From Microbotryum violaceum (taxonomy: Eukaryota), in contig CDLV01000009.1 of assembly GCA_001244265.2 (NCBI GenBank), forward strand, positions 372,001 through 436,000: 64,000 bases of DNA. Reading direction: 5' to 3'. The notes below the pieces were generated by a model that searched no databases, was not told the DNA's origin, and saw only the letters and a program-made list of their open reading frames with translations. Each line of letters starts with the position of its first letter. The first letter of the stretch is position 1. Made by a program: the position numbers and the translations under genes. Shown piece by piece: positions 52,138 to 64,000 of the stretch.

Positions 52138-54525
52138 TCACGATCCTCCACCATTGAAAGCCAAATTGTTCCGTAGCGCCGCCAAGACCCCCTGAGCAGT
52201 CATTTGCAACGTCCACAAACTGACGACCTGCAACCTTTGCTGATTCGCATTCTGGACGTGATGAGCCAAAGCCGCATAGGTCTGTTCGGACATGCGGTCC
52301 AACAAGCCGACGTCGTAGGTCGTCCATGAGCCGTCGAATTCGTCGAGATCGAGATCGAGATGACAATGGATCGGAACAAGCGTATGATGCGAGTTGATGA
52401 AAGCCACGATCGGTCGGATCAAGGCGTTGTTGACGTAGGATAGGTCCGAGGTGAAGTAAGGGACCGAGGCCTTGAGGTCTTTGAACCGAATGTCGAGGTC
52501 GATCGAGACCGTGTGATCGAACCCTTCGGGCTTCGTCACTTGGGTATCTTCTTTGTCCTCTTCTTCCATCGCTTCAGCGACAACTCGCGCATTCCGCTCG
52601 GCCCGTCGGACCTCTTTCCTCAGTTCGGCTTGTTTACGCTTCTCGACTTGCCATTCTTCCGGGGCACTGAGTGCTTCCCTCGTCAATGTACCTCGACCAG
52701 GGATGCGATCGCCCTTGCTGGAGACGCCGGTCGTGGAAGTCGCAGAGGCAGGTTCACCCCCATTGGTAGCGATCTGCAACCTCCCACCGATCTCATCGAC
52801 CAGATCCGCCACGAGCGTCGACAGATCAAGCTCATCGTCGTCCCTAGGGAAGCGAATATCGGCGACAATATCGCACCGGCCCGAGGTGATCCAAGACAGG
52901 ACGCCGGTGTCCTTCGCGGACTGCATGTGGTCGATCGGTACGCCGTCAATCCTGAACCTCGACATGCGTCCCCACCTTGCATCCCTGAGGTCCATTTCGG
53001 ACGTGCGTCCGATCGATTGAGGGGTGTGTAACGAGAACAGGCAGTTGTCGACTTGGCCGACGACGGATTCGGCCGACATGAGGTCGTAGAACAACCACTG
53101 CTTGCGGAAGCGGCGGATGTCGGCGTTGAAAATGGAGAACGTGTAAGGTCGGAATTGATCGGGTTGGTAGATGGTCACGAGAAAGTCCTGGATCTGCAAC
53201 GACTCGAGCCAAAAATCGCCCGGGTGGGCTGTGTGCCGGTACGCGAACCGATCTCGTGGTGCTGCAGGATCGTAGATGATGTGCGATCGATCTGTAAACC
53301 CCATCATCTTGGCTATCAGTGTCCCATCAGGACGACGCTGGGGCAGCAGCTAAGGCTCACCGACGATGCCCCTAACTCCTTTGACGACGGCCTCCTTGAC
53401 AAGCCCCTTCCCGTCCAACCACCTCCTCAGACTAAGCGTCACTTCGATGGTATCGATACTGAGGTGGAAGTGAGTCCACTTGGCCATCTGTTCGTCTTCC
53501 AAACTCGTCTGGTCCGATTGCGCATGCGCCTCGTCCTCGTCTTTGGAACCAGAGCGGTCCAAATCAGTTATGGCCAAGGTCTTGGACGTCGTCGCCGGGG
53601 TGTAGTGGTCTGCGGTCGTACCCCTCGACACGAAGACGTTTTTGAACACGATCTTGCTGGTGCCCCCCAGCACACCCCACTTGGGCACGATCGCCGACTC
53701 GAAGACAACTCTGACCCCGGTTGACTTGGTGAGGTAGTTGCCGAGCTTGGTGCCGAGCCAGTTTTGAGAACTGATCGAGTTGACGACGAGGAAGCAGAAC
53801 GAAAGGAAACTCGTCGTCGAGAGCAAAAACCAACCCAAGGTACCGAGAATGCCGAACGAGAAGAAGGCCGAATAGTCATCGGCTCGGAAACGACGATACG
53901 AGCGGATCGTCAGCCACTTGAAGCGGATGCGCAGACGCTCAAAGAAGCCGTGGGTCACCTCGAGCAGCTGATCGCGCGATGGAGGTCGACCCGGTGCATA
54001 GGAAGGGAGCGTGACGGCCAGTCGACGCAACGAGGCTGGTAAGGACGAAAGGTAGGACGGTGAGGACTTTGAGAGCGCTGTCGGAACCTGGGGTGTAGGC
54101 TTGGATAGGGCCGGAGAGGGGGTCGTCGTTGTTGCTGGTGGGGGCGGTGAGCCTTTGTCCTGGCTAGGGTTGTCGGGTGCTTTCGGCGAATCGGTGGATG
54201 AGGATGTCGACGAAGAAGCATTTGCCGCATTTTGAGGACAATGGGGTGATGGGCACGACGTATAGGCTCGTTTCCAGGTCGCCGAGGTGGAGATTGAGGC
54301 GACTGAGGGTCGACTGGAAGCTAGTCGAACGAGTGTGCCGGGTCGATGTGATGCCTTCGTCCAGCCCCGAGGATGGTGTAGAGCATCGGGGGGCGTGGAC
54401 GACAAAGAAACGTGTCGTTGTTGATGGCCGAGTTTGGTGAAGAAGCGATGTATTTCGGTGTAGCTGTGTCCGAGCGTGCGGGGAGCCAAGCCGACCTGCT
54501 TCAAGGCGACCGCGACGGTCGTCAT
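52138..54525 (-). CDS. MDM31: Mitochondrial distribution and morphology protein Mdm31/32 family
   Basis: FFERLRIRFKWLTIRSYRRF..DDYSAFFS, VVFESAIVPKW, IVFKNVFVSR, GKGLVKEAVVKGVRGIV, RKQWLFYDLMSA, RFRIDGVPIDH, NNALIRPIVAFIN, EFDGSWT. Confidence 0.95.
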
Positions 54526-55201
54526 GGCTTTTTGGCGTGGCCTGCGATTGCGATCGAGGTCGCTCGCAAGCTTCGGCGAGTGGGGTGCTTCACGCTGCCA
54601 GCTGGTGCAACCGACACCACGCCTGCTCCTCCGTCTGGATCGAGTTGATGGAAGTTGGTCCTCCTGTTTTGTTGACTGCCTGTCTGGTGGCTGAAGGAGG
54701 CGTACGAGCTGAGGAGCCCCGACGGTCGATGTAAATTACTCTTGCCTAAATCCGCCTTAAGCGCGCTTCACTATAATACTTTTTGTCGTAGTCACTGCAC
54801 GCGCTCGTCTTCACTCCATTACAGTTTGGATAATCTTCGATGAGCCTCAGACCCCAAAATAACAGCATGGTGATATTAAAAAGTCGGATGAGATGCATTT
54901 AAACACACTGGCTGCAGTGCTGCGCCAGTAGGGTAAGACAAATTCGACCCCGTGACACCCGCTAAACCCCGTACTAGCTTTGGCTGGCTTTGGTTGGTGT
55001 TGCAAAGATATGAGGTAGGCGCGGACGAGTGAACTGCGTCTGCTCACCGTATCACAACGAGCGTTTTCGACTGAGCCAGTGAGCCAACTGCCCTTCACGC
55101 CCCCCGGTCGCGCACCCCGGCGTCGATCGACCCCTGACCATCACGTCCCCACTCGCGATGGTCGACCCCTCCTCAGCATCCATGTAGACCTCGAACCAGT
55201 C

Positions 55202-56137
55202 ATGACGACAAAGCGACCTGTTCTCGCGTTGCAAACGTTGTTGCACGACCAACAGCAGCAGGAGCAGCAGACACCCCAACGCCTACGAAGCACGTCAGCC
55301 TCGAACGATGCACGTCCCACGACCTTTAGACCACAAGCACATTCACTCGATCAATCCATTTTGAAATCCCCGATCCAATTCGTCGCTTCACCCGGGGCCT
55401 TGTCTCCCGTTCAAGCCGACTTTCAATTCCCCTTTCATCCTTCGTCGACCTCGTTGTCGAGACCGGCTTCACGTCATGGATCACCGCGTTCTAAGAGCAC
55501 GTCAGCGAGGAGAGAGGGTAACGACACTTCAACGTTCAAGCAGATCTTTGGTCAACTTGACCGGATAGATCAGCTCCAAAAGCAGTTGGCGATACGCCAT
55601 GCCGAACTCGAAAAGGTCGGGTCTGGCTCCGCTAGTCTGTCATCTCCGCAACCCCCACCACCCCAGCCAGCATCAGTCGAGGCGTCGCTCAAGTCGTCTT
55701 CAGCCACCGCCGCAACCGAGGAAGGCTCGGTCCATACAGAGAAGCCGGATGATGAGTCGAGCAAGTGTCGCGCCGATTATGATAAGCTCAAAAAGTCATT
55801 GGACGATCGGAGACCTCGTACGGACCAATTGATGGCCATGGTCAGTTCTTTGACGCGAAGCCCCACATCGCTCGCGCACCATTCCTTCCCGGGACTGACA
55901 AGCCATCTTGAACTCCTACAGCTCGAAGAGCTATCAACGACACTCAAAACATTCCACGCCTTACCTACGCCTATGACATGCCCGCAAACCTCTTCGGCGC
56001 CTATGTCACCCGTGTACCCCCCATTCGCACCGAGCAAAGACCGGAACGAGGCTGCTCGGAGCAGGACGATCATAGAGCCTAGTGCGGGGCTGCCCGATCG
56101 AAGAAGAGGTGTACAGAGGCATTTAAGCTATTCTTAA
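55202..56137 (+). CDS. Hypothetical protein, disordered with two short coiled-coil helices
   Basis: Long ORF with ATG at 55202 and a likely 81-nt in-frame intron at 55841-55921. Confidence 0.7.
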   Translation: MTTKRPVLALQTLLHDQQQQEQQTPQRLRSTSASNDARPTTFRPQAHSLDQSILKSPIQFVASPGALSPVQADFQFPFHPSSTSLSRPASRHGSPRSKSTSARREGNDTSTFKQIFGQLDRIDQLQKQLAIRHAELEKVGSGSASLSSPQPPPPQPASVEASLKSSSATAATEEGSVHTEKPDDESSKCRADYDKLKKSLDDRRPRTDQLMAMVSSLTRSPTSLAHHSFPGLTSHLELLQLEELSTTLKTFHALPTPMTCPQTSSAPMSPVYPPFAPSKDRNEAARSRTIIEPSAGLPDRRRGVQRHLSYS

Positions 56138-57628
56138 GGTTCACATTGAAGCACTCAATTCTCGAGAGTACGTGAGCTTCACATCGACAGAGGGACAGAA
56201 GGTAAAATGGTCGATCTACGGGCAATGTTAGGGTGTTTATCAGATTTTCATGTCGGGTCTTATTCTTCTCGGTAATGTATCATGTTGTAGGAGTAGGCAA
56301 GACCGCGGCTCTCTGTACTGGCATCGATAACTATTGAGGCGGGATAGAATCGATAGGGCAGTTTTTGGTGTTGTTCGCTGTTCTGGTTTGCTTCTTGTTG
56401 ATCATGTTCCTTCAGGATCAATAGGAATCAGGGGACGAAAGGGAGGTGGATCGATCGTCCTCGAGGGACCACGTCGACGGAACTCACGTGGTGCAAGGAT
56501 CGTCATTGGACTCGTTGCGGAACATGCAATAAATCCGCCGCTTCTATTACCATTGAAAATGTGTGATACCTTATCGCTCGCTGAGAGGGTGTACATTTTT
56601 CGGATCGCCTTCTAGAATCGGACGGATTCGTCGCTGGGAAAGTGGCACGCGCAGTTCTCGTTAGTTACACGACGCGCAGCACTGTTCTTGGCTGAATGTG
56701 AATATGAAGACTTCAGTATACACAATAGTACGGGCTGGGAGGATGGGAGACTGTCCCCGCAACGCGAATTCACTAGTGACGTTCAACGATTGAGTCACAC
56801 ACCAACGATGGCAGAGGTTGTCGCCGAGACTATGATCATCCTCATCGTCTCCTCTTGATGATAAATCGGGTTGGAGCGTCGTTCGTAGCAGAGAAGGTCG
56901 TTCGTGGCTACGTAGGTTGGTTTCTCATGACCTTATATGCCCTCCTTTGATTGATAATAAAATAAGGCTTGTTTTCAGTTGAACACCGAGTGCCTCCGGA
57001 AGCAATTCCGTTCCTAGTCGACTAACTGATAGGGGCGAGGATGCGGCTATCCGCACCCAAGTTGCGCTTTTCAGCTCGTATTCGACGACTTGGTGCGGGA
57101 ATTATATGTAGCTCCTACGTCATGGCATTCTCCCTCCACCCTTGTGAGCACTACCAGGCTCTATGGACTAGGTCTGGAGATTTTCAGTATTAGAATCATC
57201 CGCACAGGTGGATCGCTCTTCCGACTCGGATGAAATCGGAAACTGATGCCCGGCTATGAGTGCTTGAGCTCTAGCTCTAGCTCTGAGGTCTGTACATGTG
57301 GGCCGTGGATATTCCCGAGTCTGAATTTCTCCATTCTCCACTCAAGCACCCTTCGAAGTCCACGTATGTACTATTATTGTCTCCGCGTAATCAGAAAAGT
57401 AAGGAAAACAAGCTGAGCGGTCGATGTAGCTCGCGATACTTGCTGCCTCAAGGCGATCGGGTTGAAGCCAGCCGGCCAGCCGATGCCCGACGTGGCCAAT
57501 TGCAGGGCGGCCAAACCAACGAGGCGAAGAGCGGCCTTGACTCTGGACTGCACAGGCGCCGCCCATCCCCTTTCGCTTTCAGCCCATACCCACCGCCGTC
57601 GCTGCCGATCTCAAAACTAAATCCAACC

Positions 57629-58853
57629 ATGACTGACACGACTGAATTCACGTTCGATGACCTCAAGGCGCGCTCGTCCAAGAAGGACCTGCACATGCTC
57701 ATCCACGGCAAAGGTCAGTCGTGTGTGACGTTGGTGTCGTGCATGGCTTGTTAACACGTGCAAACGAGGACACCGGAGCTGATCGCGAATCATCTGGCCC
57801 ATGTGTTGCCACCCCCGCCGTTTCGCCCTCGTCCGCGTTGTCGTACGGTGATCGTGATACGTCCTACAGTCTATGCCATCGCCGGATTCCTGGACGAGGT
57901 ACTTTCCCGTCTCACTTGTCGCGTTATTTCACCCTTGCATGTCACTGACCCACTTGGCTCTGACTGGTGTTCCACGTCGCGTACAGCACCCGGGAGGTGA
58001 CGAGGTTTTATTGGGCGAGGCCGGAAAGGATGCAACCGAGGCGTTCGAGGATGTTGGACACTCGGACGAGGCGAGGGCCATCTTGGACAAGTACTTTGTT
58101 GGCAACGGTCCCGCCGTAAGTTGGTCCTGGCCTCTCCTCCTGCCGCGTCAGGGTTTTTGGTGCTCGATCGCGCGACATTTGTCCGGAGCGGTAACGAGTC
58201 TTGTCTCATCACTCAATTCTGGTGTGATGTTGATCAATTTCCGCCGTCGCCCCGTCGTATGCTTGCCCGAGCTAGCATTCACAACTGCTGACTTCCCGCG
58301 CCGCTGGGCCTGCTCCATCTCAGAGCTCTTCGAAAGAGCCCCCCAAGCGGGCAACCCGAACGAACGGTGGCCTCGGTGATCAACCTCAGTAAGTGTTTGC
58401 ACATCTTAATCCATGGCGATATTTTTGACAACCTTTTGTCAAGCACGGGGCGGCTTCCATCCCGTGGAACGGCCGTGTGACTCGATTTTGGAAGCGCAGG
58501 CAGGGGAAGCCGCGGCTTCGGCGATGAACGGACGCGAAGGACGTCGGCGCGTGACACTCTGCTCGCCTCAGTCGGCCGAGTTGAGCTTGGTGGCCGACCC
58601 GTTCTCGGAACTTTGCCCATCCCGACGTAATTTGGCTTTCTTGCGTGTGCTGACCAGCGCTCTCTCGTTGTGTCTGTAGATCTTATGCCTACCTCTACCC
58701 CCTTGCCGGCGTCGTCGCCTACGCTGCTTACCGGTCAGTCTGGCTCGTGCTTGCTCGCTTCGTCGGCCTTCCGCGCACCTTATGAGCTCGCCAATTGACC
58801 TGGTCCCGGCCCCTCTTCAATACAGCATCTACGAGAACTACGTTGCCAAGTAG
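57629..58853 (+). CDS. CYB5: Cytochrome b5, tail-anchored (6 exons)
   Basis: [45 protein letters not shown]-terminal anchor [26 protein letters not shown]. Confidence 0.95.
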
Positions 58854-59220
58854 ATTGCCCGACCTCCGGACTTCTTTCCTCTCTTCATTCATACCCATCT
58901 ATCCGCCATCGACATGCCACCTCTGGCAGAAATCTAGAGCCTCGATGGATCGGTAGACCCACCGCCAACCCCATTCCCCTGGCCGCCCGTCATTTCTCTC
59001 CTTGTTTTTCTGTGTGTGCTGCTGCATGCGTGTGTGTAATGCTGAAAATGCAATAGGTTCTTACAACATTTCACGAAATCAGCCGGCGAGAGAGAGCCGA
59101 ACGCGCCCTCCATTTCAGGACATTCGAGTGCACCACAGATTGCCATGTCGCCGCCCCATGGTATTTTTGCATTCCAACACCCGCGTATGTGCCCTACGCA
59201 CCTCACAACTACCAACGAGA

Positions 59221-61991
59221 TCATTTCGGGATCCGATACTGGTTATCCAAGCATTCGATCAACTCGGGTCTCAACTCGTTCAACTTTTTGACGCCTAACA
59301 ACCTCATCCCCGTCAGAATCTCTTCTTCCATGACTGTATCGAAGAATTCGTAGAGGAGGGAATCAGTCTTGGAACAGGGTCTGTGAAGAGGTCGAGGGGT
59401 TGGGGTTTTGGCCGAAACAACTCTCCTCTCTTCAGGGGAATGTAACTCACTTCTCACAGCCCTCACCACCCCATCCTCCCCATAAGCCGTCTGAGCATAC
59501 AAGAACGGTCGACCCAATCCCACACCTTTGGCACCCAAGCATAAAGCCTTGAGCACATCCGTGCCTCGTCGTACACCGCCATCGACGTAGACTTCGAGAT
59601 CGGTCAAAAGGGTTGGGTCTATCCGGCGGATTTCGAGGAGGGTGTCGAGGGGAGATCGGACGCTGGATTTTGTGGGACAGAGGAAAGGTTCAGTATGGGT
59701 CCGAGAAGGGTAAGCGGGTGGGTTGTTGAGATTTGCCGTACCTGTCAAGTTGACGCCCACCGTGGTTCGAGAGAACCACCCCCGCGACGCCGGCCTTTCG
59801 GGCCAACTCGACATCCTGCATTCATCCAATTGGACGTCAGACATATGTGCAACGCACAAAAGGAAGATTCGAATTCACTGCGCACCTCATGTGTTGCAAC
59901 ACCTTTGATATAGACGGGCAGTCCACCGGCCGCCTGCTTGACCCATGCGACGTCCTTCCATTCGACCGAAGTGTCGTAATACGAATACGTCGACTTGTTG
60001 GGATGGTCATGCGGTCGGTCATCCATCTGTACATGTATGCACCCCCCAAAATCAGAAGGCTACTCTAGTGAGGAGGAACAGCCGTGGACGTACCGATCCA
60101 GCTAGCCCCTGAGCCCTCGCATCCTCTTCTCGGTTACCCAATGTCGGTGAATCAACAGTCAGGAAGAACGCCTTGCACCCTCCTTCACGCGCTTGTCTCA
60201 TAATTGCTTCCGTTTGTCTTCGATCTCGATTGACGTAGACCTAAAAGCGAACGCAATCCCAGAACGAAGAAGGAAAGAAGAAATGTCCGCAGTCATCGAA
60301 AAAAAAAAAAAAAATCAGTACAGCGAGCCGATCGAATCTCCGTCGGAGTGCAGTACACGCACCTGGTAAACCATCCCAACAGGTGCCCTCCCTGATTTAT
60401 CCATCGTTGCTTTCTCCGCCAAGATGTCATCGAACGATTGACTCGCATTCGCCGAGATGCCTTGCACGATCCCCGTTTTGGAAGCGCCTCTTGTCAAGTT
60501 GAACTGTGGTCAAGGCGAAATAAAATCGATCAGATCGAGTTTATACAAATCGCTCATAACAGAATCACCTCTCCCAGGTCATGTCCTAATCGAGCATAAG
60601 CGGCAGGTGCGATATCTGATTTCGGGGAGAGAGCGCATCGAAGTCAGTTGCTCAAGCTTGAGCTTTGACTTTCCCCAAGGCCAAGACCGCAAGACTGACA
60701 GATGGGTAATGTCGAGGGGCAGTTCAACAAGGTTGTTCGTGGATCGACCTCGGAAACATCAACAAGGACTCGAGGTCGGAAGCGACACCTCTGGTAGGAT
60801 GCGAACGAATCTCGCAAAGCTAGAGGAGGAAGATTCGGAAAACCAAGTGAGCGGTGCGGTTGTACAGGTATTGAAGTAGGTCACTTGAAAGCACTTACTT
60901 TGCTCATTATCGGATCCACCCGCGTAATAAATCTTGGCTCGGGGAGCCAGCAAGGTGTTTGCGAGCCTCTGTAGGGTCATGGACGAATTTTTCGATCAAT
61001 TTCTTATGCACATGCAACCTCCCAGCTGATGTGCCACTCACCTCCATCTCGGCCAGACCCCTGACCAGTTCGACAGCTGGTAGTGCTTCTCGGGCTTTCT
61101 AAAGGCGCAAGAGGAAGAGGCGCGAGTCGATTCAGTATTTGTCCTTTCGTATGAGGGAGCGTCAACAGGGACGCCGAGACCGTCATCACTGACCTTATTC
61201 CTCGCCTTCTCCTGCACTGCTTCTTCGCTCTCTTCATTCTTGGGTCTTGTTGCCGGGTCGACGAGTCCAACAGGTGCTCCAAGAAGGTCCTGATTTTTCT
61301 CGAGCGTCTTGGGCGGGTGAATCTTGTCGAACAAAGTCGTGACATCCGTGCCGGCGGCTTTGAGGATGACAGCTTCTCCCCCGGGCTGTTGATGTACGCA
61401 ATAAACGAAAGAGGTCAAGGAGTGTCAACTCAAGGCACAGATAGATTGGACAATCAGATCCGCCTCCTTTGAACTTGCATGAGCCTCCAAGAATTCCGTA
61501 ACACTGTTGTGAGCCAAAATCGGAGCCGAAAGGGGAGATGACAACCCGAGCGGAAGCGGACCGCCGGCCGACAAGTACGTTACGGGGTTCAGTTTCCTTT
61601 GCTCGGGCAAACTGGCCCAGTGGGAACAGAAACTGACTCGTAGACATGATCACCCAGGACGACCCAACAGTCCGCCTTACTTCGATGTGTCCTCACTTCC
61701 TCCATCGAGATGACGCGGGGTTTGTTCTTCTCGCCGACGAGCACCGTCGGGACCTTCAACGCGTGTAGGGCCTCAAGCCGCAGCGGTTCATGGTACGACG
61801 CCTGTACTGCCCAGACCTGAGGAATAGGGGCGACGCTTGGTTCGAGTCTAAAAATACGTCTATCAAAGTCGTCGACAGCCTAAAATCAGACTCACAGCCA
61901 AACCAAGCGTCGTTGCGGAGACCCCCACACTGAGCGAGGTGAAGAGCAGCCCTCGCCGAGCCCGCAACGCGCCACGAAGGGCCGCGCACAT
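59221..61991 (-). CDS. CYB2: Flavocytochrome b2 (L-lactate/L-mandelate dehydrogenase family): cytochrome b5 domain plus FMN-dependent alpha-hydroxy acid dehydrogenase
   Basis: FLEAHPGG...[69 protein letters not shown]; presequence-like N-terminus. Confidence 0.92.
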
Positions 61992-62916
61992 GGTTTCTAG
62001 GGAAGTGGCTGCGGTTTGACAGTCGGCGGTGGAAATTGAGAGACCTCGAGCGACTGTGAGTGCTGTTACCTGCTAGGTCTCGGATTGTTTGTGATCTTGG
62101 TGAGAAGCGCGCCAGATAGTCGAGTCGAGCGCGTCGCAATTCGTCGCACTGACCCGCTGTGAACGCGGCTACGCGGGCAAACAACGACCGGACCGTCTGG
62201 CCCGTCGCATCTTCCCAGCCGAATCATTCCTCCCACGTGGGGGGTTGTCATAGTTTTGGAAACTAACAGGAGTAGCTCACAGAACCGGATCTTCTGTACG
62301 ACACGCCTCACTACGGTGGTGCATAAAGGAGTCTGGACGACCCGATTATTGGAAAGGGGCTGGTGAGGTCAGAGCGCACAGTCGCCGAGCGCGCGGCGCG
62401 GGCCGTCGCGCCGGGCTAGAGAGAAATGATGATTGTTCGTTGCAAAGCGCCACGACTTACGAGAGAGTAGTAGCTCATTACTCTTTCCGACGAGCTGCTT
62501 CCCATCTTTTCCGATTCGCACCCCGCTGTTCTTTCGTGGAACTCCTGCTTCTGCCCCGGACTGTCTCGGGTGGTTTTTCCGACTTCTCTAGTACTTTGGC
62601 GGGGTCTGATTTTCGAGCGTGGGGTCCAAAGCTGCAGCTCCGTCGTTGCCCGACAACTTTCTGGGGTTCGCGTACCTGCTCCACGGTCCACCTCGGAGAC
62701 AACCGCTATACCCACAGCGGTCGCACCCACCTCACCACTCGTGTTGATAGCCGACGGGCTGGGGTGTAGTGTGTCGTGTTTAAGTGTGACTACATACTTT
62801 CAGACGAGTGCGCGGCCACGTCTCTCTCAGCTCCACGCCCTCTCGACGACAAGTCCCAGCGTCGCGGCTCGACACTTGCTACGCCCGGCGTGGCCAGCAG
62901 CTGCCCGTAGCCCGTC

Positions 62917-64000
62917 ATGTCCTCCACCTCAGCGACGACCCAGCGCAAGATCGCACCCTCGACTACGCCTTCAAGCGCCATAGCCGCGGCCAATGCAGCC
63001 AAAGCGGCCAAGGAGACGATGCGCTCAGCTAGGGCCTGTGTAGCTTGTCGCAAGCTGTGAGTAGTGGTCGCACGCTCGACTACCATGTGCTCTGGCCCCA
63101 GAGTTGGCGACAGCTCGGGTGCCTCGCCCCACCTCCGCTTTCGGGTACTCGTCCCTTAGCGAACCATCGTGTTGCTCGTACAGGAAAACCAAATGCATTA
63201 CAAACGACAACCCAGACCTGCCCTGCAAGGTGAGCTCGCAGGCGGCAGCGGCAATCCTCGTCTCGAGGAAGGCGTGATTGAGAGGATCCCCACATGAGCT
63301 ATCGCCCCGCGCCCGCTGCGGCCGAACTGATCGCAACGAGCTCTGTACCACAGCGATGCACCGCCAATAACCTTGAATGCGTGTTCGAGGAGATCATGCC
63401 CAGTGTCTCGACTATCAAGTAAGTAGCTCTCGTGGTCATCGTTTGAAACTCGGGGTTCATTCACCCCCTGTGCCGACTCGGGAGAGTCCGAGACCCATCG
63501 ATGACCATCGATGACCTGCGGAGGCGCCCCTGCGCGAGGGCGGAACACCCCGTCATGCCGCAGCAAAACTGATCTTTTCCCTTGCGCGTCCGCTCATTTT
63601 TGAACAGCGCTCGAGTTGAACAACTTGAACGGGAATTTCAAGTCGTCCAGGCCGAGTTGCAACGCCTCCGTCAACTCGAATCCGAGGTCGGCGCAATCAA
63701 GCTCTTAATCCCGAGAGCGTTCGGCATCCCCGGCGCAGGGGATCAAAAATCGCTGGCCATGTCCGGAATGATCCCTTCCCCACCGGCACTTCCAGGGTAT
63801 TTTGCGGGTGGCAACACAAATGGATCTGTTGCCGGATCTACCACCTCCCACGCCGCCTCGAACCCGAGTCCCGTCGGACTGTCGCAGAGTTTGGGCGCTT
63901 CTGTGCGCTCGTTCGGTGGTGAGACGGGAATACGGTCCTCACTGCCCTTGAGAACACCAGCGGACGACCCGGTCGCTTCGACAAACGTTTCCGATGACGA
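62917..64000 (+). CDS. Zn(II)2Cys6 fungal transcription factor, runs off the window end
   Basis: Spliced RACVACRKLKTKCITNDNPDLPCKRCTANNLECVF (six Cys), followed by a coiled-coil-like RVEQLEREFQVVQAELQRLRQLE. Confidence 0.9.

Noticed and set aside
10621-53724. Many long antisense or alternative-frame ORFs in the track (e.g. 10621..11250, 20320..21057, 25268..26188, 53053..53724)
   Set aside because: Shadows of real genes, expected in GC-rich coding DNA.
56150-57300. Possible gene in the gap upstream of cytochrome b5
   Set aside because: Only short ORFs with no coherent spliced model.
35110-61991. Amidase plus flavocytochrome b2 as a mandelamide/mandelate pathway cluster
   Set aside because: About 22 kb apart with unrelated genes between; substrates unknown.

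Overview
Gene-dense, intron-rich, GC-rich fungal DNA. It is probably a basidiomycete of the Microbotryomycetes type, inferred from GT-AG introns with CTGAC-type branch sites, micro-exons and protein similarity. About 27 spliced genes were reconstructed by eye, mostly housekeeping. In order they are: TMEM205/DUF4149, MGR2/ROMO1, CCA1, a PGC1-like glycerophosphodiesterase, DUF427, an IQ-motif protein, an FPY1-like protein, SLY1, a class-3 lipase, PPC decarboxylase, NSP1, a PRELI/UPS protein, two tandem 7TM GPCR-like genes, an amidase, TMA22, NUP82, RPR2, MDJ1, an EBP-like membrane protein, MDM31, cytochrome b5, flavocytochrome b2 and a partial Zn2Cys6 transcription factor, plus hypothetical genes. 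No rRNA, tRNA, CRISPR array or intact transposon was seen. The most unusual element is a 185-bp near-perfect inverted repeat (45526-45710 / 46102-46286). It splits one gene so that its ATG and first exon lie on the minus strand and its body on the plus strand; inverting the 391-bp spacer would rebuild a continuous gene, and read-through transcripts would fold into a long hairpin. Other notable items are a 10-bp coding tandem repeat that switches the EBP-like C-terminus between frames (two of three end in KxKxx), a possible decayed cytochrome b5 copy inside a cytochrome b5 intron, a start codon split by an intron, several micro-exons and GC-AG introns. All exon boundaries and family calls are manual; no database search was run.
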